Origin: a virus
Taxonomy: Duplodnaviria; Caudoviricetes
Length of the DNA: 48,427 nt
Reading direction: 5' to 3' (one strand)
IMG/VR virus record: IMGVR_UViG_3300033067_002291
Span: 1-48,427 of that record
In this document: in pieces, positions 1 through 8,071 of the stretch
How the letters are laid out: the number at the start of each line of letters is the position of its first letter
How positions within the stretch are numbered: position 1 is the first letter of the stretch
Made by a program: the position numbers and the translations under genes
The notes under the pieces: model-generated
Databases searched by the model: none
The model's input: the letters and a program-made list of their open reading frames with translations, nothing else
Told to the model about the DNA's origin: nothing

Positions 1-302
1 GGGTGAGTTTTTGCCTCAACGTCCTTAGTTTCTCCATAAGTCCAACCATCAACCTCTTTAACTTTAAGCCAACTTTCGTGACTTGCACTTGCAGGGGCAC
101 CCGGATTTTGGAAGTTAAACAAAACTCCCTGAATTGCTGATTTCTTTTGCCATTCCGGAGCAAGTTCCCAATCAACTTGAGAGAAATCACCAAGATTTTC
201 GCAATATGCTTTATTAGCTTGGTGAGTAATCTTAGCCACGTTTTCTACATGGGTTAACTCATTATCGTCGAACTGTTGTGTGTTGTTTGTTTTGTTATTC
301 AT
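1..302 (-). CDS. RyR-domain phage protein, allele A (3' end cut by the window edge)
   Basis: Translated by hand as MNNKTNNTQQFDDNELTHVENVAKITHQANKAYCENLGDFSQVDWELAPEWQKK...HESWLKVKEVDGWTYGETKDVEAKTH; homologous to 47959-48354. Confidence 0.8.
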   Translation of the reverse strand, partial: MNNKTNNTQQFDDNELTHVENVAKITHQANKAYCENLGDFSQVDWELAPEWQKKSAIQGVLFNFQNPGAPASASHESWLKVKEVDGWTYGETKDVEAKTH

Positions 303-376
303 TTATTTTTCCTCAACCCGTGGTTTTCCCGTGGGTTCTTTAACTGTGGGGTTTCCCCTGTCTTTTGCTTTCGCTA
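1..376. repeat. Left copy of an imperfect terminal repeat (circular overlap with 48044-48427)
   Basis: Positions 1-77 are identical to 48044-48120, and 326-376 are identical to the last 51 nt. The middle is diverged, mostly at synonymous sites. Confidence 0.9.
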
Positions 377-1919
377 AATCTGCTTGGTGTTTTTCTTTTT
401 CCATTGCTAACTTTTCTGTTTTCGCTGTTTCGATTTCCTTAACTTGCTTAGCAATCCAAGTGTCAATGTCTTTGTCAATCCCTTCAAGGGCGCTAATTTT
501 CCTAATAGCGTTCTCGTTAGAAATTAGTCCGGCGTCAAGTTCTCTAAGAATTCTTTCAACTTCATAAAGCTTTTGTTGTTCATCAACTGGAGCAGTGACT
601 CCCCACTTTAGCTTAAACGTTGACAAAAGTTCTGTTTCGCTCTTAGCTAACTTCAAAGCAATACAAAGCTTCTTCAAAAGGGGAATTATGCCAAAGTCGC
701 CATATTGAATTTGGTAAGCTGTTAAGCCAATTTGCATTGGAGAATACATTTGCCCCATAACTGCCGGAGTTAAGTTGCCTTTGTTAGTAATGTCTTCCGC
801 TCGCGGCAAAACCACGCCTACTGTTTCATAAAGCATTGAACGAAGGTCACAAGCAAATGTAGTCATGTGAGTTCTCATTCCACCAATTGCTTCTAATTGT
901 TGAACGCTCGCCGGGAGAACAATTCCATCTTCTGTAACTGCGCTCTCTAACTCAATTGTAGCTCCTGGGCCAACCATTGACGGAACTTCTTCTTTGTCAA
1001 CTGCGTTAATAAAAACTTTGGTTGGACGTGCTTCAGTTTGGTTAGAAATATCCATGAGGTGATAAACTAAGTCTAACCGCCTAAGAATGTGGCGCAAGTT
1101 AAAAAGATCGCCGTGTGGGTAGTTAGCGGCAACGTCAAGTTTGTTAGTTATTTGAACAAACGGCAAAACCCCTAAACCATGTTCGGTTGTGCTTTCTATG
1201 TTATCTTCACTAAGGTCGCCAATAAACATTTGTTCCCAGGCTTGGGAATACATAAATGGAAGGTCGTCCCCATAGTTAAAGCCAAAGTTTTCAATTCCAT
1301 CGCCTCTGCTCTTTAAGGTAATGCAAACTTTATCTGTCCAAATTTCGGTATGCCAAATCCACGACGACGAACCACTTTTCGGAGTTGGGTTAAGAATTGG
1401 GTAACGAAGAACAATTGCAAGAACTTCATCAACGTTAATTGGGTTAGTAATTGCGTAATAGTGGCGGCAGTCGTGAAGAGTGAACTTAACTTCTTTTAGG
1501 GCAGTGACCTGGAATTGAATTAGCGCACTTCCAAAAACTCCACCTTTATTTCTAATGGTTTGAAGCATTGGAACAAGTTGATATTCCCAAACAGGCCAAA
1601 GTGCCGACTTAACTTTTTCATTTGAACAAAGTAATTCTGGAACAACTCCAAACAAGTTAGTAGTTATTTGGTTAATAATTGTTCTCGCCAAAGGCAGAGG
1701 CGTAGGCAATGGGCCTTCTTTATCAACTCGCGCTGATTGAAAACCAAAACGGGGATAACAAATTCCCTTAACATGGCTCCACACTGCGGCGGCTTCTCTC
1801 CGTTGAGAAAGGTGCCAATAATTAGGCTTACTTAAAACCAAAGAACCAATCTCCAGATTAAACGAATTGCTTAAACTAGACGGCGAAACACTTAACGAAA
1901 TTCCTTCTTTTCCACTCAT
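303..1919 (-). CDS. Portal protein (SPP1 gp6-like)
   Basis: About 538 aa, directly after TerL. Portal-like segments PLARTIINQITTNLFG and EHGLGVLPFVQITN...GDL. ATG 1919 is preferred over the ORF-track start at 1943. Confidence 0.8.
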   Translation of the reverse strand: MSGKEGISLSVSPSSLSNSFNLEIGSLVLSKPNYWHLSQRREAAAVWSHVKGICYPRFGFQSARVDKEGPLPTPLPLARTIINQITTNLFGVVPELLCSNEKVKSALWPVWEYQLVPMLQTIRNKGGVFGSALIQFQVTALKEVKFTLHDCRHYYAITNPINVDEVLAIVLRYPILNPTPKSGSSSWIWHTEIWTDKVCITLKSRGDGIENFGFNYGDDLPFMYSQAWEQMFIGDLSEDNIESTTEHGLGVLPFVQITNKLDVAANYPHGDLFNLRHILRRLDLVYHLMDISNQTEARPTKVFINAVDKEEVPSMVGPGATIELESAVTEDGIVLPASVQQLEAIGGMRTHMTTFACDLRSMLYETVGVVLPRAEDITNKGNLTPAVMGQMYSPMQIGLTAYQIQYGDFGIIPLLKKLCIALKLAKSETELLSTFKLKWGVTAPVDEQQKLYEVERILRELDAGLISNENAIRKISALEGIDKDIDTWIAKQVKEIETAKTEKLAMEKEKHQADLAKAKDRGNPTVKEPTGKPRVEEK

Positions 1920-1920
1920 T

Positions 1921-3753
1921 TTATTGAAAACCCCCAACAACACCTGGCCTAACTTTAATAGGCCTACTTAACGAAACCCGAGCAACTTTTTCCTTTTCCT
2001 GCTTAACCACGTTTTCATAAGTAACGTAGTAAGCTAACATTCTCAAGCAGGAAACGTCGTCGTCATGGTTTCCTGAACTAGCTCCACTTGTTCCACCTGC
2101 AAACTTCCGGTAGTCACTTAACTGCAGGAAAGTTTCTGCCGATCTAATAATTAAACTTTGGTCTTTAATTAAAAGGTCAAGGCAGTCGAGGGAGAGCTTT
2201 TTAGTTTTAACGCTAGAGGGAAAACCTAATTGCCTAACCTCTGCATTTTTCCGTGCAGTTCGAGCGGCTCCTCTGCTTTTAGCAATTTTAGCCGTTTCAA
2301 AGTCGGTATGGTGGTAAACACGCTCAAGGGGATAAAGCGGGGAATTCGTTAAGGGGTCAATTAAAGTTAGCCCTTGGAGAACTGCATGTCCGTGGTTGTT
2401 TCTCTCAACCATTACCACTGCAAGATTATACCAATTTCCAAGGTCAACAAGAATTTGACTGCTTTCTAATGGGCTGACGCGGCGAGAAGAAACCCTTAAA
2501 ATAACTTCCCACGAACTAAGGTCAAAAACCATAAACGAACTAAAGTCGTGGTTTTCGTCTTTGTTAATTCCTTCCGAGGGGTCGTTAACAACTAAATAGT
2601 TGCCGCCAACTTTAGGCAGTTCGAAAATTTCAATTTCGTCTTGGGCAATTAAATTTAAGAGCTTAGAGAATTGTGGAGGAATTCGATTCCTACCAAACTT
2701 ACTAGCACAAGAATTCAACTTCATCTTTCCTAGCGAATCAGCGTCGAAGTAGCCTTGGCCTGAGCCAACAAAAGCTTCAGCGGCAGTAGCTGGATATTCC
2801 TGCTGGAAACTAAGCAAAGGTTTTAAGCTTGCTGGGGTAGAGGCAATTTTAAGCCTTCTAAAAGCCATTTGCTCAAGGCTTAGGTTAAACGTTGAACAAA
2901 TTTGCTTTTCGTCTCCAAAAACTGAATCAAATTTTCCGCGTAAAGCCTCAAAACCGCCTAGCTCCAAAAGTTTTTTAGCCCCTTCAAAATCTTTGTATTC
3001 TTCCATCATAAACCATGGATAGAAGTGGGCAAGATATTCGCTCTTGTTAGCTAAGGCGTCAACAATCATTCTGTGAAAAACGTCGCCCTCTCCATTAGCA
3101 GTGCTTTCAAGTGTAACGTTTCCACTTAACGGAACGCTTTCAAACACGCCTTTAAGGATTTGCGCGGCGTTAGGCCAGAAAGCAACTTCCGTTCCTAAAA
3201 AGTTATGGTAAGTAAAACCCCGGCCTGAATCCCCATTCATTGCAGTTGCAATTTTAATTGTAGAATTGAGTTCCGGGAAAGAAATCATTTCAAAGTTGTC
3301 AATTCCTTTTTGCGGAGCAAGTTCCCCTAGAAACTTGTGAAAAGTTCTACACTTGTCTAAAAGGTTAGCGGCAGTTTGTTTCTCATGGGCAAGAATAAGC
3401 GTGTTAGTGTTTGGGACAGTAATTGAATCTAGGAAGTAAATTCCAGTGAAAAGCGTAGAAGAGCCAATTTGCCTAGGCTTAAGAATAATGTGCCTTTGAG
3501 AGTTTAGGCCAGCAACCTCAGAAGTTGTTGCATTTAAGCCCTCTTCTAAACTGGTTCCGCCCGGCTTTTTTGCGCTAAGAATTGCTTTTTGGGGCGCATT
3601 AAGGTTCTCACCTAACGACAACATTTCTCGCTGTTTGTTAGCAATAATTAAATCCCGTAAGGTAAATTTAGTTCCTTGCCGTTTAGCCTTTTCTGCACTT
3701 AACGCAGTTAAGCCAGTTAAGAATTGGGTAGCTAGGTGGGCGGGAATTGCCAT
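1921..3753 (-). CDS. terL: Terminase large subunit
   Basis: Walker A KPRQIGSST, Walker B FLGTEVAFW, motif III LESTANG, and RNase H-like nuclease acidic residues VNDPSEG...HDFS and NHDDDV. Confidence 0.93.
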   Translation of the reverse strand: MAIPAHLATQFLTGLTALSAEKAKRQGTKFTLRDLIIANKQREMLSLGENLNAPQKAILSAKKPGGTSLEEGLNATTSEVAGLNSQRHIILKPRQIGSSTLFTGIYFLDSITVPNTNTLILAHEKQTAANLLDKCRTFHKFLGELAPQKGIDNFEMISFPELNSTIKIATAMNGDSGRGFTYHNFLGTEVAFWPNAAQILKGVFESVPLSGNVTLESTANGEGDVFHRMIVDALANKSEYLAHFYPWFMMEEYKDFEGAKKLLELGGFEALRGKFDSVFGDEKQICSTFNLSLEQMAFRRLKIASTPASLKPLLSFQQEYPATAAEAFVGSGQGYFDADSLGKMKLNSCASKFGRNRIPPQFSKLLNLIAQDEIEIFELPKVGGNYLVVNDPSEGINKDENHDFSSFMVFDLSSWEVILRVSSRRVSPLESSQILVDLGNWYNLAVVMVERNNHGHAVLQGLTLIDPLTNSPLYPLERVYHHTDFETAKIAKSRGAARTARKNAEVRQLGFPSSVKTKKLSLDCLDLLIKDQSLIIRSAETFLQLSDYRKFAGGTSGASSGNHDDDVSCLRMLAYYVTYENVVKQEKEKVARVSLSRPIKVRPGVVGGFQ

Positions 3754-3781
3754 TAAAAACTTTTAGCGTTAACCTTTAAGG

Positions 3782-4366
3782 TTAATCAATGCTAACTCCT
3801 TCGCTCTGTTGTAATGGGCCACTTCCAGTTTTCTGGATTCCAGCTTGAATGTCAGTAATTAAAGCCTGCAAAACTTTTGCGTCTCTAACGTGACGATTTA
3901 AGCTAGAGGTAACCACCAAGAAGAGTTTGTGCATTTGGGCCTGAGTAATTCTATCTTCTTTAGCCATTCTATGATCGCCACCAACTTTAACCATTTTAGT
4001 TAAGGAATCAATAACAATTTTCCAAGTTTGAATCCAGCCTTGGTGAACAATTGTCTCAGTGGCAATTCCGCGCAACTCAGCAACAATTGCCCTTCGCTTT
4101 GCCTTAAAATTAGGGTCACTAATTATTTGGGGATTGTCTTCGAGAATTTCAATAACTTTCCAAATAGTGTCATTTGGGACAACTGGAAGAGGTTTAGTTA
4201 GAACTTCATCAATTCTAGTTAAGACAGCCTTAGCATTCCTAATGGGAGTAGATAGGTCATAAATTCCCCCATTATCGAAAGGGTCGGCGTCAATTATGCT
4301 AACTACGTTAGCAACGCCATTATCAACAACTAAGTTGTTAGCAACAATTACTTCTTGACCTGCCAT
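3782..4366 (-). CDS. Probable terminase small subunit
   Basis: 194-aa helical protein immediately upstream of terL; positional inference only. Confidence 0.45.
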   Translation of the reverse strand: MAGQEVIVANNLVVDNGVANVVSIIDADPFDNGGIYDLSTPIRNAKAVLTRIDEVLTKPLPVVPNDTIWKVIEILEDNPQIISDPNFKAKRRAIVAELRGIATETIVHQGWIQTWKIVIDSLTKMVKVGGDHRMAKEDRITQAQMHKLFLVVTSSLNRHVRDAKVLQALITDIQAGIQKTGSGPLQQSEGVSID

Positions 4367-4794
4367 TAATTCACCAAGCCGTTCTCTCGGGAGTAAGTTT
4401 GAATTCGGCCAATCAAAACTAGGTCGTGTTTGTTAATTCTTTTTCCGTGGAGCTTTAAGAACATTATTCTTTTGCAGTGAGTTCGTAGATTTAACGGAAG
4501 GCTCTCAACTAACTCAACTAATTCTAGAACAGTTGAATTACCAAAACAAGCTTTCAGAACTAACGCCTCACTTTCCTCGGAATTTCCTGAAAGCAATTGG
4601 TTGCGTTTATAAGTTCCGCTCTCTGGCCAAAATTGAATTTTAGAAATGAACTCAACGCTGACGTTGCCTGAGTTAGCAATTTGCTCCATTATGTGATCTT
4701 CAACTTGTTCAATAGTTTTAGTGCCTCGAAACCGTTTAAACAAAACATTAGTTCGTTTTTGAATAGCGGCTATTGGAGAAGTTTGAGAAGCCAT
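4366..4794 (-). CDS. Hypothetical protein, first gene of the packaging/morphogenesis operon
   Basis: 142-aa ORF downstream of the 4850-4880 promoter; TAATG overlap with the next gene. Confidence 0.65.
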   Translation of the reverse strand: MASQTSPIAAIQKRTNVLFKRFRGTKTIEQVEDHIMEQIANSGNVSVEFISKIQFWPESGTYKRNQLLSGNSEESEALVLKACFGNSTVLELVELVESLPLNLRTHCKRIMFLKLHGKRINKHDLVLIGRIQTYSRENGLVN

Positions 4795-4849
4795 TGAAAA
4801 ACCCCTAAGGGAAAAACCTCGAAGCTGTTAAAGCAATTCTACCTAGGTA

Positions 4850-4880
4850 GTTATACCCTATTTACCTGGTTAAAACGCCA
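4850..4880 (-). promoter_or_regulatory. Class 2 (putative late) promoter TGGCG-N17-GGGTATAAC
   Basis: Same elements and spacing at 5777-5807 and 7565-7595; points into the terminase operon. Confidence 0.75.
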
Positions 4881-4900
4881 ACAAAAAAGGGAGGGAGGAA

Positions 4901-5188
4901 ACGGAAAGAGGTTCGACGGAAGAAAAACCGAACGGAAGAAAAACCGCTTTCGTCTGTCGCTTACTTATCACTTACCTTTGGGAGGCTCAGCTAGGTTCAA
5001 AATGGGGCTCGATTTGAACGGAAGAAAACAACGGAAGAAAAAACCAGGGAGGCTTAACAGGAGAAATTTCTCCCGTTGCCCTTTTGGACTTTCTCCTGTC
5101 AACGGAAGAAAGTAAATTTCCTTCTTCTGTCGGTTCTCCAGTGTATCAACGGGAGAAATATCCCCACACACGTAGTGTGGGGGATTTC
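4901..5188. repeat. Iteron-like array of RACRGRAGAAA units in both orientations plus a hairpin (candidate origin or packaging site)
   Basis: Direct units at 4915, 4931, 5017, 5030, 5056, 5101 and 5148; inverted units at 5067, 5090 and 5121 (imperfect); stem CCCCACAC/GTGTGGGG within 5155-5188. Confidence 0.75.
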
Positions 5189-5443
5189 GCCTGTTAGATA
5201 CTCGGAGAGACGAGGTGGTGAGTGAATGAAGGAGAGGGATTAAAGGGAATTGACCCCGGCCTGAATTGAACCTAAAATGGCGCCTTTTCGACAAAACGGG
5301 CCAGTTTTAGGGGGGTTACAGGGGACGTGAATATTTGTCCAGGTGCCTCGGCGGAGGGGCCGCAAATGGCAATTCTAAGCCAAGAAATTGTTTGAATTAA
5401 GAAAACAAACCCTTTTTAAGGGATTAACTTGTTTTTAAGGCAC

Positions 5444-5480
5444 AAAAAAGCCCCTAACCGGAATCAGACGGCAGAGGCTT
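5444..5480 (-). terminator. Intrinsic terminator closing the ncRNA
   Basis: AAGCCUCUGCCG-loop-CGGUUAGGGGCUU running into a U6 tract. Confidence 0.75.
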
Positions 5481-5771
5481 AATTGAAACCCTCAACGTTT
5501 TTAAGCTGTTGGGGGCTTAGTTTTTAGGTTTTCTTTCAGTTGAGCAACTATTCCGAACCCCAACTAATTGAACTAAGAAAGGCTCTGAATTGGAAAGGAG
5601 CTAGCCAACTCTTTTTCTTCCTAGAGAGGGAAATTTAGCAAAAACCCTCTAACCTAAAATTGTTGGGAAGGCGGCTAATAACTTCCTAGTGCCAGACTCA
5701 TTGGGGAACGCAGGGGAACGCAAACGTTCCTAATTCCATCCCTGTTTCGTAGTAAGCGTTCAGTGCCTTCC
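5444..5771 (-). ncRNA. Putative ~330-nt structured non-coding RNA of unknown family
   Basis: Starts 5 nt after a class 2 promoter. 5' GGAAGGC pairs with GCCUUCC (5672-5666), there are further nested stems, it ends in a hairpin plus U6, and it contains no ORF in the track. Confidence 0.7.
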
Positions 5772-5776
5772 ATATA

Positions 5777-5807
5777 GTTATACCCGTTTCGAGGCCCAAA
5801 AACGCCA
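5777..5807 (-). promoter_or_regulatory. Class 2 promoter driving the ncRNA
   Basis: TTGGCG-tttttgggcctcgaaac(17)-GGGTATAAC. Confidence 0.75.
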
Positions 5808-5838
5808 AAAACAAAAGAAAAACTAAAAAACTTCTCAC

Positions 5839-6813
5839 CTATGGCCTAATTGCTTGTTCCCAATAAAGGCTGTTTTCGGGGGTTGTGTTGTTTTCAGTTG
5901 CTCCGAATTGTTGATCTCCATAAGCCCAAAACGCACTTCTAACGCCGAATTCTTCACTAACATCTTTACTTGCTTTAAGGAACAATTCCCGGCCTTTAAC
6001 CTTTGAATCACAAGCTACTTCTCCAATCCAAGGAGCACAATAGTTAGTGCTTGCCCAACTGCATAACTTCTGCCGGTGAAGTTTTCGGTTGTTGTCGTCA
6101 ATCTTAGCAAAGTTAAGGTCAGCTACTTCTTGGGGGCTTCTAGGAGTTAATACTTTTTCTAGTGGGTATTCTGTAATTTGTCCACTTGTTAAGGCGTTTG
6201 GGCGGTAGTCGTGAATGTCAATTATTGTTGGCCCATTTGCTTGGAATTGAAAAGTGTTTAGTGGGCCATTTAACCAATCAATGTCAGCTAGTGGGGGAGT
6301 TACTACAACAACTCTTTGGGGGTTAATGTCCCAAACTCCCTCTGCGGCGGCTTGACAGAGAAGTTCCCAAATTCTAGGGGTAACTTCTTTCGAGGCTTCC
6401 CATTGTTGGGTTTTCTTGTTAAATTGTTTTCGGCCACGGGCTTCGTTACAAACGCTTAGGGCAATTAAGGGCTGGAATTCTTTAGGAATTGCCGCAAAGA
6501 AAATGCTTTCTATGTCTCTGTTAATCTTCGGAACGTCCCAAATTTGGTGAAGAGCCTCTGGCATGTCGGGATGGAAGTCTAAAACAACTTTAACGTTGTT
6601 AGTTACAAACTCCCTAACTAAAGTTAAAAACCCACCTGCTAGAAGTGTTCTAGTTGAGTAAGGGAGCCTTACGAGGCCAACTCCTAACTTAATTAAGCGC
6701 TGGGCGTTAGTAACGGTTTGCCAACTTTGGTCAAGGTTAATGTGGAAACCTTTAGTAGTTAAGAAGGCTGTTGCAACTTTTAGTTGTTCTGCTTTTTCGG
6801 TGGTTGTTTTCAT
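5839..6813 (-). CDS. Glycoside hydrolase family 5 (cellulase-like TIM barrel)
   Basis: Ordered GH5 motifs: KGFHI, GVGLVRLP, VVLDFH, acid/base NEA (usually NEP), IHDYRP, nucleophile PWIGEV, AFWAY. Confidence 0.75.
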   Translation of the reverse strand: MKTTTEKAEQLKVATAFLTTKGFHINLDQSWQTVTNAQRLIKLGVGLVRLPYSTRTLLAGGFLTLVREFVTNNVKVVLDFHPDMPEALHQIWDVPKINRDIESIFFAAIPKEFQPLIALSVCNEARGRKQFNKKTQQWEASKEVTPRIWELLCQAAAEGVWDINPQRVVVVTPPLADIDWLNGPLNTFQFQANGPTIIDIHDYRPNALTSGQITEYPLEKVLTPRSPQEVADLNFAKIDDNNRKLHRQKLCSWASTNYCAPWIGEVACDSKVKGRELFLKASKDVSEEFGVRSAFWAYGDQQFGATENNTTPENSLYWEQAIRP

Positions 6814-6827
6814 TTGTTTGTTTTGGT

Positions 6828-6861
6828 AAAAGAAAAGCCCCTCTTTTTACAGAGAGGCTTT
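6828..6861 (-). terminator. Intrinsic terminator between the 199-aa gene and the GH5 gene
   Basis: Stem AAAGCCCCTCT/AGAGAGGCTTT with a U-rich tail on the minus strand. Confidence 0.65.
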
Positions 6862-6889
6862 AATTGGGTTGTTGGGTTGTTAGGGCTAA

Positions 6890-7489
6890 TTAATTAGCTG
6901 GGGGAACGTCTGCTGGGCTTCCTTTTGTTGAAGTTCCTTTTTGGCCTCTTGTTCTTGCAAGTGGTTCGCCGAAAGCCTCTGCAAATTTCACTGGGAAACC
7001 AGCGGTTAGTTGCTTAATAGCGGCTCTAACAATTGCTTTGTCCTTATCAGTTGCAAGGTCGCGAGCGGGGAGCAAGTCCCAAAGTTCTCCAGTTGCAAGT
7101 GCTTTAACCCGCCCACCAATTTCTGTAAGGTTGTAGCCGTTTGAAAGGATTTCTCCGACTTCTGCAACGTTTCGAGTTCGTGGAGCTTTTAGAACGAAAA
7201 CTGCTTTGCCAATAAAAGCCTTAACCCACTCAATTAGGTTCTGGTCGCCAAAAGCAAACTTTTTGTTGTCGTCCTTAGGGAGTGCGTCTTGAATTGCTTT
7301 CGGCAAAACCGAAAGAATTCCAACTTTAACTCCATAAGTTGCGTTGTTGTCGTACATTGGCTCTACCATGTTAATTGTAGGAATGGAGCTTTCTGTTAGT
7401 TGGAGCATTTCTGCTTCGCTAAGTTGAATTGCTTCGGGGTTAGTTGCCTGGTCGGCTGTTGCGAATTGTGGGTTTAGTTGTTTTGCCAT
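6890..7489 (-). CDS. Hypothetical protein with its own class 2 promoter and terminator
   Basis: 199-aa ORF; no family recognised. Confidence 0.75.
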   Translation of the reverse strand: MAKQLNPQFATADQATNPEAIQLSEAEMLQLTESSIPTINMVEPMYDNNATYGVKVGILSVLPKAIQDALPKDDNKKFAFGDQNLIEWVKAFIGKAVFVLKAPRTRNVAEVGEILSNGYNLTEIGGRVKALATGELWDLLPARDLATDKDKAIVRAAIKQLTAGFPVKFAEAFGEPLARTRGQKGTSTKGSPADVPPAN

Positions 7490-7564
7490 GTTTGGTTGTT
7501 TCCGTTAAGTTAAGTTAGCTAATTAAGGGCTGGTTGGCTTGCTTGTCTTAGCCGGGCTCACTTA

Positions 7565-7595
7565 TTTATACCCGTTTTTAGGGCCGGTTTCGCCA
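7565..7595 (-). promoter_or_regulatory. Class 2 promoter
   Basis: TGGCG-aaaccggccctaaaaac(17)-GGGTATAAA upstream of the gene starting at 7489. Confidence 0.72.
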
Positions 7596-7684
7596 CTTTT
7601 GGAAGCTGGTTTCGCCAATTTTTAGCTTTTTTGGGGAAAATTTTTGAAAATTTTTCGTGTGAACGTTGAAAAGGGCGATGGGTT

Positions 7685-7728
7685 AAAAAAAGCAAAATTC
7701 CCCTAACGCGAACCGTAAAAGGGGAATT
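7685..7728 (-). terminator. Possible terminator after the 7751-7984 gene
   Basis: AATTCCCCT/AGGGGAATT stem followed by U-rich sequence on the minus strand. Confidence 0.45.
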
Positions 7729-7750
7729 AAGAGGCATTAAGGCAGGGAAC

Positions 7751-7984
7751 TTAGGCTACTTTAGTTTCACGTCCGAAGATTGGCAGGTTGGGCAATTGTT
7801 TTGAAGTTCGCTTAATTGCCCTACAATAATCCCGATAACCTTTTGACGCGCTAATAACGGTAACGGCGTTTAGGGTTGGACTGACATGGCGGGAACAAAG
7901 GTTTATCCGGTGCTCCCACAATAAGCGAATTGCGTTTTTGTCGTTGGAAAGTTGATTGATAGTGTAATGATTGATATGGTTCAT
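7751..7984 (-). CDS. Hypothetical protein
   Basis: 77-aa ORF with AAAGGAAA upstream. Confidence 0.5.
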   Translation of the reverse strand: MNHINHYTINQLSNDKNAIRLLWEHRINLCSRHVSPTLNAVTVISASKGYRDYCRAIKRTSKQLPNLPIFGRETKVA

Positions 7985-8006
7985 TGTTTAGGTTTCCTTT
8001 TGGAAT

Positions 8007-8055
8007 TACCCGGTTTAACAGGTGTTAAGCAAACGTTAGTTAAACCGGGTATAGT
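8007..8055 (+). promoter_or_regulatory. Class 1 promoter copy (8026-8055) embedded in a perfect 13-bp inverted repeat
   Basis: TAAGCAAAC-N12-GGGTATAGT; arms TACCCGGTTTAAC (8007-8019) and GTTAAACCGGGTA (8039-8051). Confidence 0.65.
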
Positions 8056-8071
8056 GGGGGTTGGCGCGTTT

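Noticed and set aside
1-376. Diversity-generating retroelement TR/VR pair formed by the two end copies
   Set aside because: Differences are not adenine-specific (many synonymous C/T changes plus indels) and no reverse transcriptase is present.
4901-5188. CRISPR array
   Set aside because: Units are about 11-16 bp, in both orientations and irregularly spaced, with no unique spacers of constant length.
4968-5294. 108-aa ORF on the minus strand
   Set aside because: Non-ATG start, runs through the repeat array and has no protein-like features; probably spurious.
5740-5765. Second hammerhead within the ncRNA (CUGAACG...CGAAAC)
   Set aside because: The core reads CUGAACG rather than CUGANGA and no stem II forms between the two boxes.
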